A stretch of DNA of 64,000 bases from NCBI GenBank assembly GCA_030295235.1, contig AP026137.1, forward strand, positions 744,001 through 808,000, given 5' to 3'. This document shows, piece by piece, positions 62,578 to 64,000 of the stretch. The notes under the pieces are model-generated. The model was not told the DNA's origin and did not search any database. It worked only from the letters and a program-made list of their open reading frames with translations. The position numbers and the translations under genes are program-made. Source of the stretch: Fistulifera solaris. Lineage: Eukaryota. Numbering within the stretch: position 1 is the stretch's first letter; each line of letters opens with the position of its first letter.

Positions 62578-63999
62578 TCAATAAATTATTACACTACTTG
62601 GGATATCGAACATTCTCCTTGCACAGTCGAGCCAAGTACGGGGCGCGCGGAAGCAAACATTCTCCTTGCACTTCCGCTCCAGAAAGGGACGGGTGCGGAG
62701 GCAAGGACCAAGTGTTTTCTTTCGCTTTCGCATCGCATCCACCTCCATTGAATCCACATCGCAAAAGTGTGGAATGGTATCCACGTCCATTCCACTCGTG
62801 ATATCAAATCTCGGCATGGTATCCATCTCCGTTTCACTCAAAAAAATCCAATGTCGACATTGCAGAATCCTCCTCTACAAAAGGATCAAGACACAATCGA
62901 TGACGCTTCGAACTCCTCACCGGAGAAGAGGAAGAAACAACATCAGCTTCCAATGCGCGCTTACGCGTCTCACGACCAAGATCCACCACCACGACGACAG
63001 GATCAAGACACAATCGACGACGCTTCCAATTCGTCACCGGAGAAGAGGTAGAATCAACATCATCTTTCAAAGCGCGCTTACGCGTCCCGCGAACAAGATC
63101 CACCACCACGACGACAGGATCAAGACACAATCGACGACGCTTCCAATTCGTCACCGGAGAAGAGGTAGAATCAACATCATCTTCCAAAGCGCGCTTACGC
63201 GTCCCACAGCCAAGATCCACCACCACGACGACAGGATCAAGACACAATCGACGTCGCTTCGAACTCCTCACCGGAGAAGAGGAAGAAACAACATCATCTT
63301 CCAATGCGCGCTTACGCATCCCGCGAACAAGATCCACCACCACGACGACAGGATCACGACACGATCGACGACGCTTCGAACTCCTCACCGGAGAAGAGGA
63401 AGAAATAACATCATCTCCCAAAGCGCTTACGCCGTCCCACAGCCAAGATCCACCACCACGACGACAGGATCAAGACACAATCGACGTCGCTTCGAACTCC
63501 TCACCGGAGAAGAGGAAGAAACAACATCATCTCCCAAAGCGCGCTTACGATTCCAACGAGACGGATCATCCAAACCAGCCATCTCATCTATCTCCATAGG
63601 AACCGGATCATCCAAACCAGCCATCTCATCTATCTCCATAGGAACCGGATCATCCAAACCAGCCATCTCATCGATCTCCATAGGAACCTCCATAGGATCA
63701 TCCAAGCTAGCCATCTCATCGATCTCCATAAAAACCGGATCATCCAAACCAGCCATCTCATCGATCTCCATAGGAACCGGATCATCCAAACCAGCCATCT
63801 CATCGATCTCCATAGGAACCTTCATAGGATCATTCAAACCAGCCATCTCATCGATCTCCATAGGAACCGGATCATACAAACCAACCATCTCATCGATCTC
63901 CATAGGAACCTCCATAGGATCATACAAACCAGCCATCTCATCGATCTCCATAGGAACCTCCATAGGATCATACAAACCAGCCATCTCATCGATCTCCAT
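62578..63999 (-). CDS. Putative tandem-repeat protein (PMEIDEMAGLDD 14/18-aa units, then 40-aa basic units, then a unique C-terminus); 5' end outside the window
   Basis: Three abutting minus-strand ORFs joined by two single slips. Nominal repeat unit lengths (42, 54, 120 bp) are multiples of 3. Confidence 0.5.
62882..63549. repeat. ~120-bp tandem repeat, ~5.5 copies
   Basis: Repeated unit caggatcaagacacaatcgacgacgcttcgaactcctcaccggagaagagg... Confidence 0.95.
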
Positions 64000-64000
64000 A
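63562..64000. repeat. 42/54-bp tandem repeat running off the window end
   Basis: Unit ccggatcatccaaaccagccatctcatcgatctccataggaa, with or without a 12-bp insert. Confidence 0.95.

Overview
Gene-dense eukaryotic nuclear DNA, almost certainly from a diatom. Evidence: short GT-AG introns, bipartite plastid presequences with ASAF-like motifs, nuclear petC, and diatom-type LRR and DUF285 genes. About 32 protein genes can be traced. They include RPAC1, petC, eIF2B-gamma, ALG11, AMT, cytochrome c, WDR76, CSN3, a vacuolar sorting receptor, two paralogous SSS/SLC5 transporters, DBP4, SURF6, a subtilisin, an LSMT-like SET protein, NOP53, SNRNP40, an ABC1 kinase and a six-bromodomain protein. Many genes, including essential ones, carry single-base frameshifts in homopolymer runs, which are most likely assembly errors. 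The unusual signals are mostly non-coding or repeat-based: (i) a dispersed ~200-240 bp intergenic element starting with a CATGACT-n-AGTCRTG hairpin, found at least 7 times and sometimes as head-to-tail dimers; (ii) two ~1 kb arrays built on a palindromic CCAGAAATTCTGG core, each between divergent genes, one with a nested 34-bp minisatellite; (iii) a TA-flanked 433-bp MITE; (iv) TA-CC(W)GG-TA insertions resembling transposon excision footprints, one of which frameshifts an LPAAT pseudogene; (v) a tandem-repeat ORF at the right edge with iterated NLS/CDK-like and MEID motifs. All homology calls come from motif recognition by eye; no searches were run.
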